From assembly GCA_045862915.1 (NCBI GenBank), contig BTVE01000001.1, positions 4,320-68,319 on the forward strand: a stretch of DNA of 64,000 nt, in the 5' to 3' direction. The notes under the pieces were generated by a model. It did not search any database. It saw only the letters and a program-made list of their open reading frames with translations, and was not told where the DNA came from. A program made the position numbers and the translations under genes. The DNA comes from Acidimicrobiia bacterium (GTDB lineage Bacteria; Acidobacteriota; Vicinamibacteria; Vicinamibacterales; SCN-69-37). Below are positions 20,492 to 29,535 of the stretch, piece by piece (the first letter of the stretch is position 1; every line of letters starts with the position of its first letter).

Positions 20492-23039
20492 TCCCATATC
20501 CGACGCTGATGTGCAACCGCAGTTGAGCCCCGCTTGAGGAAAATCGCCGGGCCGACAAGGGCTGGCCGAGCGAACTCCACTTGGCCGGAACTCCGCTGAA
20601 CTGGAGTCCGGGCGACGTGTATGACGCCAGCATCGCGTCGTCGGTTGACAGGGACTCCGGAAGTGTTCGAATCGAGGTGGTGACCTGTCGGCGATCCACG
20701 ATTAGCCGGACGTCGACCCTAAGTCGCGTAGACCTGGACAGCATCCACGTGGCTCCACCACCCGCAACAAACAGGGGCGACGTTCGTGGACTTTCCAAGC
20801 GGACCTCAACGCGGTCCCGCTCCGCGATGTTCCCGCCCGCATTGACCGAGAACGCGTAACGGCCCTCGATCTCCATCGTCACTGTCGCTGAAGACCGGAC
20901 AGCAGCCCCAGCGCCGGCAGTGAGATGCAGACCGTAGGCCCCTCTGTTCAACAGGGACCGAGTGATGGTGCCAAGGAAACGGAACTCCTTCGACCGCCCC
21001 GAAGTCCGCGTCGCCGCGTCAACCTGCAGGTCGGCAATCGGGGCCGTACCGAGAAGGTCGGCGAATGCGGCGACGTAGCTTGTCCGCGAGTCCTCCACCA
21101 CACGCACGAAATCCTCGACAAACGCAGGACCATCAGCCCGCTCGACTTCCAGAGCCACCCACCATCTGGGGCGCGGGGTGTAGCCAAGACGCAGCCCTAC
21201 CATCGGCGTGACAAAATCCGACGACGCTGGACGACTCAGCGCATCGTCCAGAGGGACGATCATCTTAAGTTGGCGACCCTGCAGCTGTCCGAACGTCTCT
21301 GCGGCTTGATTGAAGAGCCTCGCGCCGTCTCCAAAGAACCAGGAGCCGTGACGCGTGCTTGGCGCCCCGGTGTGGGTGGTGAACGGTTGCCCTGGCGGCA
21401 GGGGGTCCCGGACCGCGCCGCCTTGTGTCGGAGGGCGCCCGGTCCACCCACCGAGCAGTTCGATGGACCAGCCTGAAGGCTGTTGCGACCGCCCCTGTGC
21501 CAGCGCGCCAGGAGCAACAGCTGTCCACGCTATCAGCACGACACCCCACACACCCAGTAGCCGGCGCCATTTCGAAGGCACAAACGCTGCCGCCATGACA
21601 GCAATCAGCAGAGCGAGAGCTGCGGCCACCGGCAGGTCACCCATGGCAGTTGCACTGGTAGAGAGTCGCCTGACTGGAACGAACGCAACCATCACGCCGT
21701 CAGTGCCGTCCGTCGCGGGCATCCAGCCGCGAATCCGGCCGTGCGCATCGAATACGCCGCTGGCGGCCCAGCGCACCGATCGCACCAGAGAAAATCCTCC
21801 CTCGATCGCACGTGTCCGCGCCATGTAGGTGTGGATAGGATCGATACCCTTCCAGTCAGACGAGGGCAACACGACGATGTCGGCATGAAGTCGCGCGTGT
21901 TCCCGTGCAAGCGCCGGAAAGTCGTAGTCGTAACAGATCGCGCCTGCCACGCGTCCGTACGGGCGAACCAGCACCTGCAAAGGAGCGGTGCCTCGAATCG
22001 AGGGTTCTCCTGGTACAGGGTGGTGCTTGCGGTATTCGTCGAGGACCTCGCCCGTGTCTGCGATGAAGACGTACTTGTTGTCGAACAGCAGGGGATCGGT
22101 GCTCGTCACCACGCCGTAGGCAAGAACGAGGTCGATGTGTTGGATGCGGGCGGTCTCCCGGCCGCGGGTGATCAGTGCCGCTTCCTCGATCGGCGTGATG
22201 ACGGTAGCAATCTCGTTCCACACCACCAGCCTCGCGCCGCGCGATGCCGCGACGACCGTTCGCGCGAACAGTTGCTCTGTGTTTTCGCGAAGAACATGAT
22301 CGCCGGGAAGACCACGGTCGGTCATTCCAACATCCGTGGCGACCGTCGCCACACCCACCACCGCCCCGTGGACCGGCTGGTCGAGGCGCAGAGTTCCCCA
22401 GAACAGCACGCCCGAAACGACTAGCAGCGGACTTGCCACCGCCACGGCGCGGCGCTGGGAGCTCCATACCGATTTGGAGGCACCGAACGAGGCAGCGAAC
22501 AAGCTGGCAGTGAGGGCCATCAGCGCACCGGGCGCGGCAAGGCCCGCGACAGATGTGCTCTGCATGAACGAGAGCCACTCCACCTGACTGTTGGCAGTAG
22601 CCATCCACGCGCCGAACTCGGTCTGGCCGTACCCGATCCAGTCTGCGACCACGGTGGTCGACACGTAGGCGCCAACGCCGCCGATCTCACCAAGGCGGCG
22701 CCGAACACGTTCAGCCAAGAAGACAGCCAGGAAACGAATGAGCGCCAGCGGTGGCGCAAACGCAATGACCCCGATGACGGGCACAGGCGGTGTCGCAAAG
22801 ATCGCGCACTGGGCTGAGTAGCCGACGAGCAGGCCGCTGAACAGCGCTGCCCAGTCGCGCCCACCGTGTGCCTGCCGCGCCCAAAGCAGATAGGGGATGG
22901 GCGCCAGCCATGCCAACGGCGCGATGCCCCAGCGAGGGCCGGTCAGGAGGGTCAGGGCCACGCCGAGTCCGAGCAGCATCGGGGTGGGCAGGAACAGGGT
23001 GGATACATGTCGGGTCATCTCGTTACTCCTCGGAGTCAA
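20481..23039 (-). CDS. Lnt-like (7-TM + CN-hydrolase + TM8) protein fused in frame to a signal-peptide-like segment and an OMP-like beta-rich module
   Basis: CN-hydrolase triad context: VVWNE (E276), YRKHH (K338), AICYDYDFP (C369). Residues 487-515 are KWRR + hydrophobic + ALA/QG. C-terminus has amphipathic strands ending HISVGYGIRF. Confidence 0.7.
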   Translation of the reverse strand: MTPRSNEMTRHVSTLFLPTPMLLGLGVALTLLTGPRWGIAPLAWLAPIPYLLWARQAHGGRDWAALFSGLLVGYSAQCAIFATPPVPVIGVIAFAPPLALIRFLAVFLAERVRRRLGEIGGVGAYVSTTVVADWIGYGQTEFGAWMATANSQVEWLSFMQSTSVAGLAAPGALMALTASLFAASFGASKSVWSSQRRAVAVASPLLVVSGVLFWGTLRLDQPVHGAVVGVATVATDVGMTDRGLPGDHVLRENTEQLFARTVVAASRGARLVVWNEIATVITPIEEAALITRGRETARIQHIDLVLAYGVVTSTDPLLFDNKYVFIADTGEVLDEYRKHHPVPGEPSIRGTAPLQVLVRPYGRVAGAICYDYDFPALAREHARLHADIVVLPSSDWKGIDPIHTYMARTRAIEGGFSLVRSVRWAASGVFDAHGRIRGWMPATDGTDGVMVAFVPVRRLSTSATAMGDLPVAAALALLIAVMAAAFVPSKWRRLLGVWGVVLIAWTAVAPGALAQGRSQQPSGWSIELLGGWTGRPPTQGGAVRDPLPPGQPFTTHTGAPSTRHGSWFFGDGARLFNQAAETFGQLQGRQLKMIVPLDDALSRPASSDFVTPMVGLRLGYTPRPRWWVALEVERADGPAFVEDFVRVVEDSRTSYVAAFADLLGTAPIADLQVDAATRTSGRSKEFRFLGTITRSLLNRGAYGLHLTAGAGAAVRSSATVTMEIEGRYAFSVNAGGNIAERDRVEVRLESPRTSPLFVAGGGATWMLSRSTRLRVDVRLIVDRRQVTTSIRTLPESLSTDDAMLASYTSPGLQFSGVPAKWSSLGQPLSARRFSSSGAQLRLHISVGYGIRF

Positions 23040-23132
23040 ATCTACGGAGGCTCCCGAATACCCGCTTGACCTGCGACGCCAGTCCCTTGACCGACCACGT
23101 CATTCCGTTTGTTGCTGTAGGATTGGCGCCGC

Positions 23133-24161
23133 ATGAGGCCGCCCACGGTATCCACTACGTCGAGCCGGGCACTGCTGCTGGCCTGCCGGGAACTGGGGCT
23201 CGACCAGGACTCGCTCCTGGCAGCTGCGTGCCTCACCGTGGCCGAAGTGGAAGATCCCGATGGCCGGCTCCCGGTCGAACGAGTCGGCAAATTGTGGAAT
23301 GCAGCTTTTGAATCGTCCGGGGACGACAGTCTCGGACTCCGAATCGCTCGCGCGGTACCCTTTGGGGCTTACCGCGTCATCGACTTCCTGGCAGCCAGCG
23401 CCCCGACAGTCGGCGAAAGCCTGAAGCGAGTTGCCCGGTACTTTCCCCTGATCAACTCTGCCATCGGCTGGAGTATTGATACCGCCGACGACCGGGTCAG
23501 GATGCGCCTGTCACCCATCGACGCCACCAAGCCAACCCTCGACATGCCAAGGGCGTATACGGAATTCGCTCTCGCGGTGACGGTGCTGCACTGCCGGCAT
23601 TCCACAGGCATCCACTGGCCACTCATCGACGTCACGTTTCCGTTTGATCCGCCGGCCTCTACGGCCCTCCATGAGACGACGTTTGGGTGCGCAATCCGAT
23701 TCGGAACCTCGCACGCGTCGTTCAGCGTGGCAGCGGATACGTGGCGCATGCCACATCGCTCGGCGTCAGTGGATTTGCTGCAGACGTTGGAAGCACACGC
23801 AAGCAGGTTGATGGACGACATCGGCGCCACACGCCAGGCCACTCTTCGAGTGACGCAGGCCATTGTTGATGAATTGGAAGGCGGAGATCCGACTCTGGCG
23901 ACCGTTGCCCGTCGGCTCGCGATGTCGCCTCGTACACTGCAGCGCCGACTCGATGACGAAGGCACGTCCTTTGCTGAAGTGCTCGATCGGACCCGTCAGC
24001 AAATCGCGAAATCCTACGTGGCAGACCGCGGCCTCGCTCTGACGGAGGTGGCCTTCCTACTGGGCTTCTCAGAACCGAGCGCCTTCACCCGGGCATGGCA
24101 GCGCTGGTTCGGCCAATCACCTCGAGCCTACAGAGCCCAGCTCACAGCCGCCGCCCGGTAG
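23133..24161 (+). CDS. AraC family transcriptional regulator
   Basis: C-terminal double HTH: LATVARRLAMSPRTLQRRLDDEG...LTEVAFLLGFSEPSAFTRAWQRWFGQSPRAYR. Confidence 0.85.
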   Translation: MRPPTVSTTSSRALLLACRELGLDQDSLLAAACLTVAEVEDPDGRLPVERVGKLWNAAFESSGDDSLGLRIARAVPFGAYRVIDFLAASAPTVGESLKRVARYFPLINSAIGWSIDTADDRVRMRLSPIDATKPTLDMPRAYTEFALAVTVLHCRHSTGIHWPLIDVTFPFDPPASTALHETTFGCAIRFGTSHASFSVAADTWRMPHRSASVDLLQTLEAHASRLMDDIGATRQATLRVTQAIVDELEGGDPTLATVARRLAMSPRTLQRRLDDEGTSFAEVLDRTRQQIAKSYVADRGLALTEVAFLLGFSEPSAFTRAWQRWFGQSPRAYRAQLTAAAR

Positions 24162-24208
24162 ACCGGCACTGATGTGCGCCCGACATTCGGACGCAGAAGC
24201 ACGGCAGC

Positions 24209-24244
24209 TTGACGTGGCCACAATGACGACGGTAGTGTGGCCAC
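24209..24244 (+). promoter_or_regulatory. Promoter of the toxin-antitoxin operon with two GTGGCCAC palindromes; leaderless
   Basis: TTGACG (24209-24214), 18-nt spacer, TAGTGT (24233-24238), then 6 nt to ATG 24245. GTGGCCAC at 24214-24221 and 24237-24244. Confidence 0.45.
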
Positions 24245-24514
24245 ATGGAACCAATTGGCGTTCGTGAACTCAAAGCGCAGCTGAGTCGACATCTCAAGCG
24301 GGTGCAGAGCGGCAGCCGCCTCACGATCACCGACCGGGGCAAGCCGATCGCCGTGCTGTCACCTGCGGAGCCACAGTCCAGCATTGCGTGGGCTTGGCGA
24401 CTGGTCGCAGAAGGTCGAGCCCGGTGGAATGGGGGCAAGCCGCGTGGCCTCAGTCCCCGCGTGCCATCTCGTGGAAGACTCGCCTCGAAGATGGTGACCG
24501 AGGACCGTCAATGA
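24245..24514 (+). CDS. Phd/YefM-type antitoxin
   Basis: MEPIGVRELKAQLSRHLKRVQSGSRLTITDRGKPIAVLSP. Stop overlaps the toxin start (ATGA). Confidence 0.85.
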   Translation: MEPIGVRELKAQLSRHLKRVQSGSRLTITDRGKPIAVLSPAEPQSSIAWAWRLVAEGRARWNGGKPRGLSPRVPSRGRLASKMVTEDRQ

Positions 24515-24924
24515 CGGTCTATCTCGACACGAGCTCATTGGTGAAGCTCTATGTCGACGAGCCAGATTCGGACATCGTCGCAGCGGAGGCGGCAGAGGCC
24601 GACATGCTGGTCACCTCGGTCCTGGCGTATCCCGAGTTTTGTGCCATGGTCGGTCGCCGCCGTCGAGAGAAGGTCATCTCCAAGGCGGAGGAAGCCCGAC
24701 TACTTGAGCGCTTCCGCGGCGACTGGCCGTCCATCCTGACCATTGCCATGGACGAAGACTTGGCGGCGAAAGCAGGACAACTGGCCATCGCACACGGGCT
24801 CCGCGGCGCAGACGCCGTGCACCTGGCGTCATTCGTCCGCGTCCTGGAAACGTCGGATGACGATGACGTCCGATTTCGGTGCGCGGATGACCGTTTGACC
24901 AAGGCCGCCCGAAAGGTCAGCTGA
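24511..24924 (+). CDS. vapC: PIN-domain toxin (VapC family)
   Basis: MTVYLDTSSLVKLYVDE (first acidic PIN residue) ...GLRGADAVHLASF. The track N-terminal extension (24388) is rejected. Confidence 0.85.
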   Translation: MTVYLDTSSLVKLYVDEPDSDIVAAEAAEADMLVTSVLAYPEFCAMVGRRRREKVISKAEEARLLERFRGDWPSILTIAMDEDLAAKAGQLAIAHGLRGADAVHLASFVRVLETSDDDDVRFRCADDRLTKAARKVS

Positions 24925-24928
24925 ATCC

Positions 24929-26365
24929 CTACTTCGTCCCGAACGCGTAGAGGTGCTCGACGGTGCGGATGTAGATCTTGCCGTCCACCAGCGCCGGGGT
25001 CGCGTACACGTCCTCCATCAGGTCGTTCACCACCAGCGGCGTGAGATCGCCGCCGGGAGGCAACACAGCGATGGCGCCGCGTTCACTCGCGAAGTAGAGA
25101 TGCCCGCCGCCGGCAACAGGTGATGCGTAGTACGCGCCAAGCGCGCCGGTCAGCCGTCCCTGCTTGATGAGCTCACCGGTCTGCGGATTCAGCGTGGTCA
25201 CGATGCCGCCGTCGTTCACCATGTAGAGCACGTCGTTGAAGACGATCGGCGACGGGAGTTGCGGGACCGATCGCTGATACTTCCAGCGCACGGCGGTCTC
25301 GGTGGTGTCGCCAGTCCCGCCCAGCGTGATCGCCAGCATGCCGTTCTCGGAGTCGAGCGCCGCGCGGTAGTACTCCCACTCCTCCTTGGTGAGCGACCCG
25401 TTGGAGTTGAGGTCCGCAACGCCGAACCAGAACGCGGCCGAGTACTTCGGGAACTCCGCCTGCGTCAGCAGACCGTTCTTGTCGGCATCAGCAGTCGGCC
25501 ACACTTCATCGGCGGGCGGCACGTTGATCTTGCGGCCAGGATCGTTCTCGGGCGCACCGTAGCCGTTGATGTAGATCATGTCGCCGTGGATGACCGGCGT
25601 GGACTTGATCTCGAACGAGAGGCCTCGCACCCACCACTTCTTCTCACCCGTGCGCGCGTCATACCCGGTCAGCAGGAACGACCCGGGCAGCAGGATCTGA
25701 TCGTTGCCATCCGGCGCCTTCCAGAGAATCGGTGTCGCGTGGCCACTCCTGGCTTCGGGCCTCGGCGTGCGCCAGCGCTCCTTGCCGGTGCGTTTGTCGA
25801 GCGCCAGCAGGAACGAACCGTTGCTCTGATCACACGCCAGCACGAGCAGGTCGCCAACAATCACCGGAGACGCCCCCATGCCGTAGATGTTGTCCCACGG
25901 CCCGAGCGGCAGCTTCCACTGTTCCTGCCCCTCCTCGTCGTACGTGATCAGTCCGTAGTCGGGGAAAAACGTGTAAATGCGGTTGTCTTCGAGCGCAGGG
26001 CTGGGCGAGGCCGGATTGTTGCGCTTGTCTACGATCTTCGTCTTGGTCGTGGGCGCCTGCCGCTCCCAGAGAATCTTGCCGTCCGCGCGATTGATCGCAA
26101 TCGTGAACAGGTCGTCGCCGCGGAACGCCGTCAGATAGATGCGGTCGCGCCAGACGATGGGCGACGAATGGCCCTTGGGCAGCGCCGTCTTCCACAGGAG
26201 GTTTTTCGTGGCGCCAAACTCGGTGGGATACGTCGCACCCACCGCATGGCCTGACCCGTTGGGGCCGCGGAAACGCGCCCACGAGGTGGGTCCCTGCTGC
26301 GCGGTCGCAGCGGTCACACCAAGAACAACCAGGACGGCAATGGCAACAACAGGACGGATGGACAT
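24929..26365 (-). CDS. PQQ-like/BamB-like beta-propeller repeat protein with an inserted EF-hand pair, secreted
   Basis: Signal peptide. Repeated W..G....SSP/ASP propeller motifs. EF loops DADKNGLLTQAE and DLNSNGSLTKEE (nt 25379-25489). Confidence 0.75.
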   Translation of the reverse strand: MSIRPVVAIAVLVVLGVTAATAQQGPTSWARFRGPNGSGHAVGATYPTEFGATKNLLWKTALPKGHSSPIVWRDRIYLTAFRGDDLFTIAINRADGKILWERQAPTTKTKIVDKRNNPASPSPALEDNRIYTFFPDYGLITYDEEGQEQWKLPLGPWDNIYGMGASPVIVGDLLVLACDQSNGSFLLALDKRTGKERWRTPRPEARSGHATPILWKAPDGNDQILLPGSFLLTGYDARTGEKKWWVRGLSFEIKSTPVIHGDMIYINGYGAPENDPGRKINVPPADEVWPTADADKNGLLTQAEFPKYSAAFWFGVADLNSNGSLTKEEWEYYRAALDSENGMLAITLGGTGDTTETAVRWKYQRSVPQLPSPIVFNDVLYMVNDGGIVTTLNPQTGELIKQGRLTGALGAYYASPVAGGGHLYFASERGAIAVLPPGGDLTPLVVNDLMEDVYATPALVDGKIYIRTVEHLYAFGTK

Positions 26366-26441
26366 ATCCGCAGAGTATAGGCCCGCCGGGCGCAGTGGGA
26401 TGAAACCGCGCCCAGCCGGGACTACTTGTCGCGCGCTCGGG

Positions 26442-29093
26442 TCATTCGCCTCGCAGGGACTGGATGGGATCCACGTTGGACGCCCGGCGGGCGGGCAGAT
26501 AACTCGCGGCCAGGCCCACCAGCACCATGAACCCTACTGTGCCGGCAAAGGTCATCGGGTCCATCGTTTCGACCTCAAACAGCAGTGACCGCAACGCGCC
26601 CATCGACAGCGCGGCACCCAGTACGCCGATCGCGATACCGACGCCCACCACCTTTGCGCCTTGCGCAACGACCATGCGACGCACCACCGACACTTGCGCG
26701 CCGAGCGCCATCCGGACACCGATTTCGCGCGTGCGTTCGGCCACGACGTAGGACAACACGCCGTAGAGGCCGACCGCACCAAGCACCAGCGCCAGGATCG
26801 ATACAACGCTGAGCGCCAGCATCGTGAACGACAGACCAAGGAGTTCACGCTGCACCAGTTCTTCGATGGTGAACGCGCGATACATCGGCGCCTCCGGCGC
26901 AATCTCCCGAACGATCCGGCGCACATCCGCACCAATGCTGTCGGCCCGGCTCGACTTGATCACGTACGCCGGCGACGACAATCGCCACTGGGTCGGCACC
27001 TGGCCGGTCAGCGGCATGTACACCAGCGGCACGGGCGCCGCTCGAAAGTCCTCCTGAATCACGTCGTCCACAACACCGACAACGGTCTCCCACGTGTCGA
27101 GGCCCTCGCGCTGAAGCTGCCGGCCAACCGCGCCGCCCTCGGGCCACAACATGCGCGCCGCCGTGCGGCTGAGGACGACGTTGCCGAGTGACGAGGTGGC
27201 GTCCGCGCGTGTGAATCCGCGGCCTTCCGCCACGTTGATGCCCATCGTCTCGAAGTAGTCTTCGCCGGCAAACGTCACGTTCAGCAGCGGGCGGACGTCG
27301 GGCGCTGCGCCGCCTGGACGAAAACGCGCCTGCCCCACACCTTCATCAAGAGGCATGTTCTCGATGACGCCTACGTTTTCCACGCCGGGAAGGGCCCGGA
27401 GACGGTCGCTGAAGTCCATGATGAAGCGCGCGTACGACGGTCCATCGGTCAGGGACGGTTGTTCAGGCGCAATCTGGAACGAGTAGATGTTGGTGGTGTC
27501 GTAGCCCGGATCAACAGCACTCAGCCGCGCGTGGCTGCGCATGAGCAGGCCGGAAGCAATCAGCAGCATGAGGGCGAGTGCTGTCTGCGCCACGACCAGG
27601 GCGTTGCGCGCGAGCGTGCGTCCACCTGTGCTGCCGCGGCTCCCTTCGCGCAGCCGCGCCATGGCGGGACGAGTGAGACGAATGGCCGGCAGCAGGCCGC
27701 ACGCCATCGCCGCCAGCAGAGCGAACACACCGGTGAACACCAGTGTGGCGGCGTCGAGTGACGCATCGGCCAGGCGCGGCACTCCAGGGGGCGCTGCGCT
27801 CACGAATGCCGGCAGCGTCACCGCGGTGAAGAGTGTCGCGGCCGCCCCAGTGGCCACGGCGATCAGCAGGACCTCTGCCATCTGCACACGCAGCAACTGT
27901 CCGCGCTGCGCGCCGATCGCCTGGCGCACGGCCATCTCGCGATGACGTCCCTCGGCGCGAACCATGAACAGATTTGCGACGTTGGCGCAAGCGATCAGCA
28001 GCACGACAAGGCCCGCAGCCAGCAGCACCCAGAGCGGACGCGAGGCCGGACCCAGCTGCTGCTCGGCCAGCGGCCGGACGACGGCGCGGTACTGCTGGAT
28101 GAATGCCGCGTACCGCGCGGAACCGCCGAACCGTTCCGGCAGTTCCTTGGAGAGTGTCGTCAGTTCCTGAGCCACCGCATCCATGGTCGTTCCGGGTGCG
28201 ATACGGCCGACCATCGCCGCGCCAAATCGACCGAGTGCGATGTCCTGCGGCCGCACGTCGTACGTCATCCACAACAACGTGCCTTCCACGGGGAACCTGA
28301 AATCCGGTCCCATGACGCCGGTAATCGTGCGGTCGCTGCCTCCCATGAAGTGGCGCTGACCGATGACGTCGTTGCGCCCGGCAAACCAGGTCTGCCACAA
28401 GGTATGAGAGATCACTGCAGCATCGGTCGCATCGGCGGCCGGCAACGTGCCCAACACGGGCGCGACACCAAACGTGTCGAACAGTGTCGGCGTTACGGCC
28501 GACATGCGGACACGTTCAACGCGATCGTTGACTCGCAACGTACTGGTGAACGACTGCACCAGCGCGACGTCTTCGAGCAACCTCGCGCGTTCCTTGAAGT
28601 GCACGTAGAACTCGTTCGAGGCATTGATCTCTTCAGGCAGATCGGATCCGGGTGCCGTGCCGGTGATGAACACCAGTCTGTCGGCGTGGCCGTACGGCAG
28701 TGGCTTGATCAGCACGGTGTTGACCACGCTGAAGATGCCGGCGGTGACACCCAGCGCAAGCGCGAGGGTGCCGACTGACACCACAAAAAAGCCGGGCGAT
28801 CGGCGCAGGCCGCGCATCGCGTGCAGGAGGTCAAGCCGCCATTGATCAATCTGATGTCGCATGGTTGGTCCTCGTCGGGATGGCGTGGCATTCCAGGTAG
28901 GGCGAAGTCGTTCGGTCACTGAAATCCACAGGATGTTGAGCAGCGACCAGGCAAACAGTCGCAGGGCGTGGCGGAGTCCACGCCTGCGCGCCAGGGCAAT
29001 GTCGCGTGCAGCCTGGCCGGCGACTTCGTCGGCAAAGGCATCACGGAAGGCGCGCGGCAAGAGCCGCGTCGCGAGATGCAGCAGGACAATCAC
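26442..29093 (-). CDS. ADOP-family duplicated permease with N-terminal prefix
   Basis: 883 aa. MRGLRRSPGF at aa ~93-102, two FtsX blocks and C-terminal PARRASNVDPIQSLRGE. 4-nt overlap with PadR. Confidence 0.9.
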   Translation of the reverse strand: MIVLLHLATRLLPRAFRDAFADEVAGQAARDIALARRRGLRHALRLFAWSLLNILWISVTERLRPTWNATPSRRGPTMRHQIDQWRLDLLHAMRGLRRSPGFFVVSVGTLALALGVTAGIFSVVNTVLIKPLPYGHADRLVFITGTAPGSDLPEEINASNEFYVHFKERARLLEDVALVQSFTSTLRVNDRVERVRMSAVTPTLFDTFGVAPVLGTLPAADATDAAVISHTLWQTWFAGRNDVIGQRHFMGGSDRTITGVMGPDFRFPVEGTLLWMTYDVRPQDIALGRFGAAMVGRIAPGTTMDAVAQELTTLSKELPERFGGSARYAAFIQQYRAVVRPLAEQQLGPASRPLWVLLAAGLVVLLIACANVANLFMVRAEGRHREMAVRQAIGAQRGQLLRVQMAEVLLIAVATGAAATLFTAVTLPAFVSAAPPGVPRLADASLDAATLVFTGVFALLAAMACGLLPAIRLTRPAMARLREGSRGSTGGRTLARNALVVAQTALALMLLIASGLLMRSHARLSAVDPGYDTTNIYSFQIAPEQPSLTDGPSYARFIMDFSDRLRALPGVENVGVIENMPLDEGVGQARFRPGGAAPDVRPLLNVTFAGEDYFETMGINVAEGRGFTRADATSSLGNVVLSRTAARMLWPEGGAVGRQLQREGLDTWETVVGVVDDVIQEDFRAAPVPLVYMPLTGQVPTQWRLSSPAYVIKSSRADSIGADVRRIVREIAPEAPMYRAFTIEELVQRELLGLSFTMLALSVVSILALVLGAVGLYGVLSYVVAERTREIGVRMALGAQVSVVRRMVVAQGAKVVGVGIAIGVLGAALSMGALRSLLFEVETMDPMTFAGTVGFMVLVGLAASYLPARRASNVDPIQSLRGE

Positions 29094-29416
29094 ACGCGTC
29101 CTGACGCGCCAAGGCGGCGCACCGCCTGCGCCGCAGCCTGCTTGAGTTGTTCGGCCTGATCGGCCAGAACTCGGCGTCCCTGCGCGGTCAGCGTGTAGTA
29201 CCGGCGGGGCTGCCCTGGATGCGCGGGAGCGCCGGCGGGGGGAGGCACCTCACGCACCAGCCCGGTGGTGATCAGCCGCGCGATCACCCGATACAACGTG
29301 CCGGCGAGGGGCTGCTGCGTGCCGCCGGAGTCTTCGGCAATGGCGTCCTTGATGGCGTACCCATGGGTCGGCCCGGACGACAGGGCCAGCAACACGTGGT
29401 AGTCGAGCAGGTTCAC
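29090..29416 (-). CDS. PadR family transcriptional regulator
   Basis: VNLLDYHVLLALSSGPTHGYAIKDAI...LYRVIARLITTGLV. GTG 29416 is preceded by the SD GGGAGA. The longer track ORF (29494) runs through the repeat array and is rejected. Confidence 0.85.
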   Translation of the reverse strand: MNLLDYHVLLALSSGPTHGYAIKDAIAEDSGGTQQPLAGTLYRVIARLITTGLVREVPPPAGAPAHPGQPRRYYTLTAQGRRVLADQAEQLKQAAAQAVRRLGASGRV

Positions 29417-29424
29417 ACTATCTC

Positions 29425-29472
29425 CCTCGGGACTTCGGGACCTCGGCACCTCGGCACCTCGGCACCTCGGCC
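29425..29472. repeat. Six tandem octamers C[CT]TCGG[GC][AC] (sense strand CCGAGGTG-like, SD-like cores)
   Basis: Read directly as cctcggga cttcggga cctcggca x3 cctcggcc. Lies between a promoter-like palindrome and the PadR RBS. Confidence 0.95.
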
Positions 29473-29473
29473 C

Positions 29474-29483
29474 GCATATATGC
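29474..29483. promoter_or_regulatory. AT-rich 10-bp palindrome GCATATATGC (candidate -10/operator of the PadR-ADOP unit)
   Basis: Read directly. It is the only AT-rich stretch in the 29417-29535 spacer. Confidence 0.3.
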
Positions 29484-29535
29484 ACAAAGAGCATTTAAGC
29501 CGACTGGGGGTCAGACGGGAAAACGGGGGTTTGGT

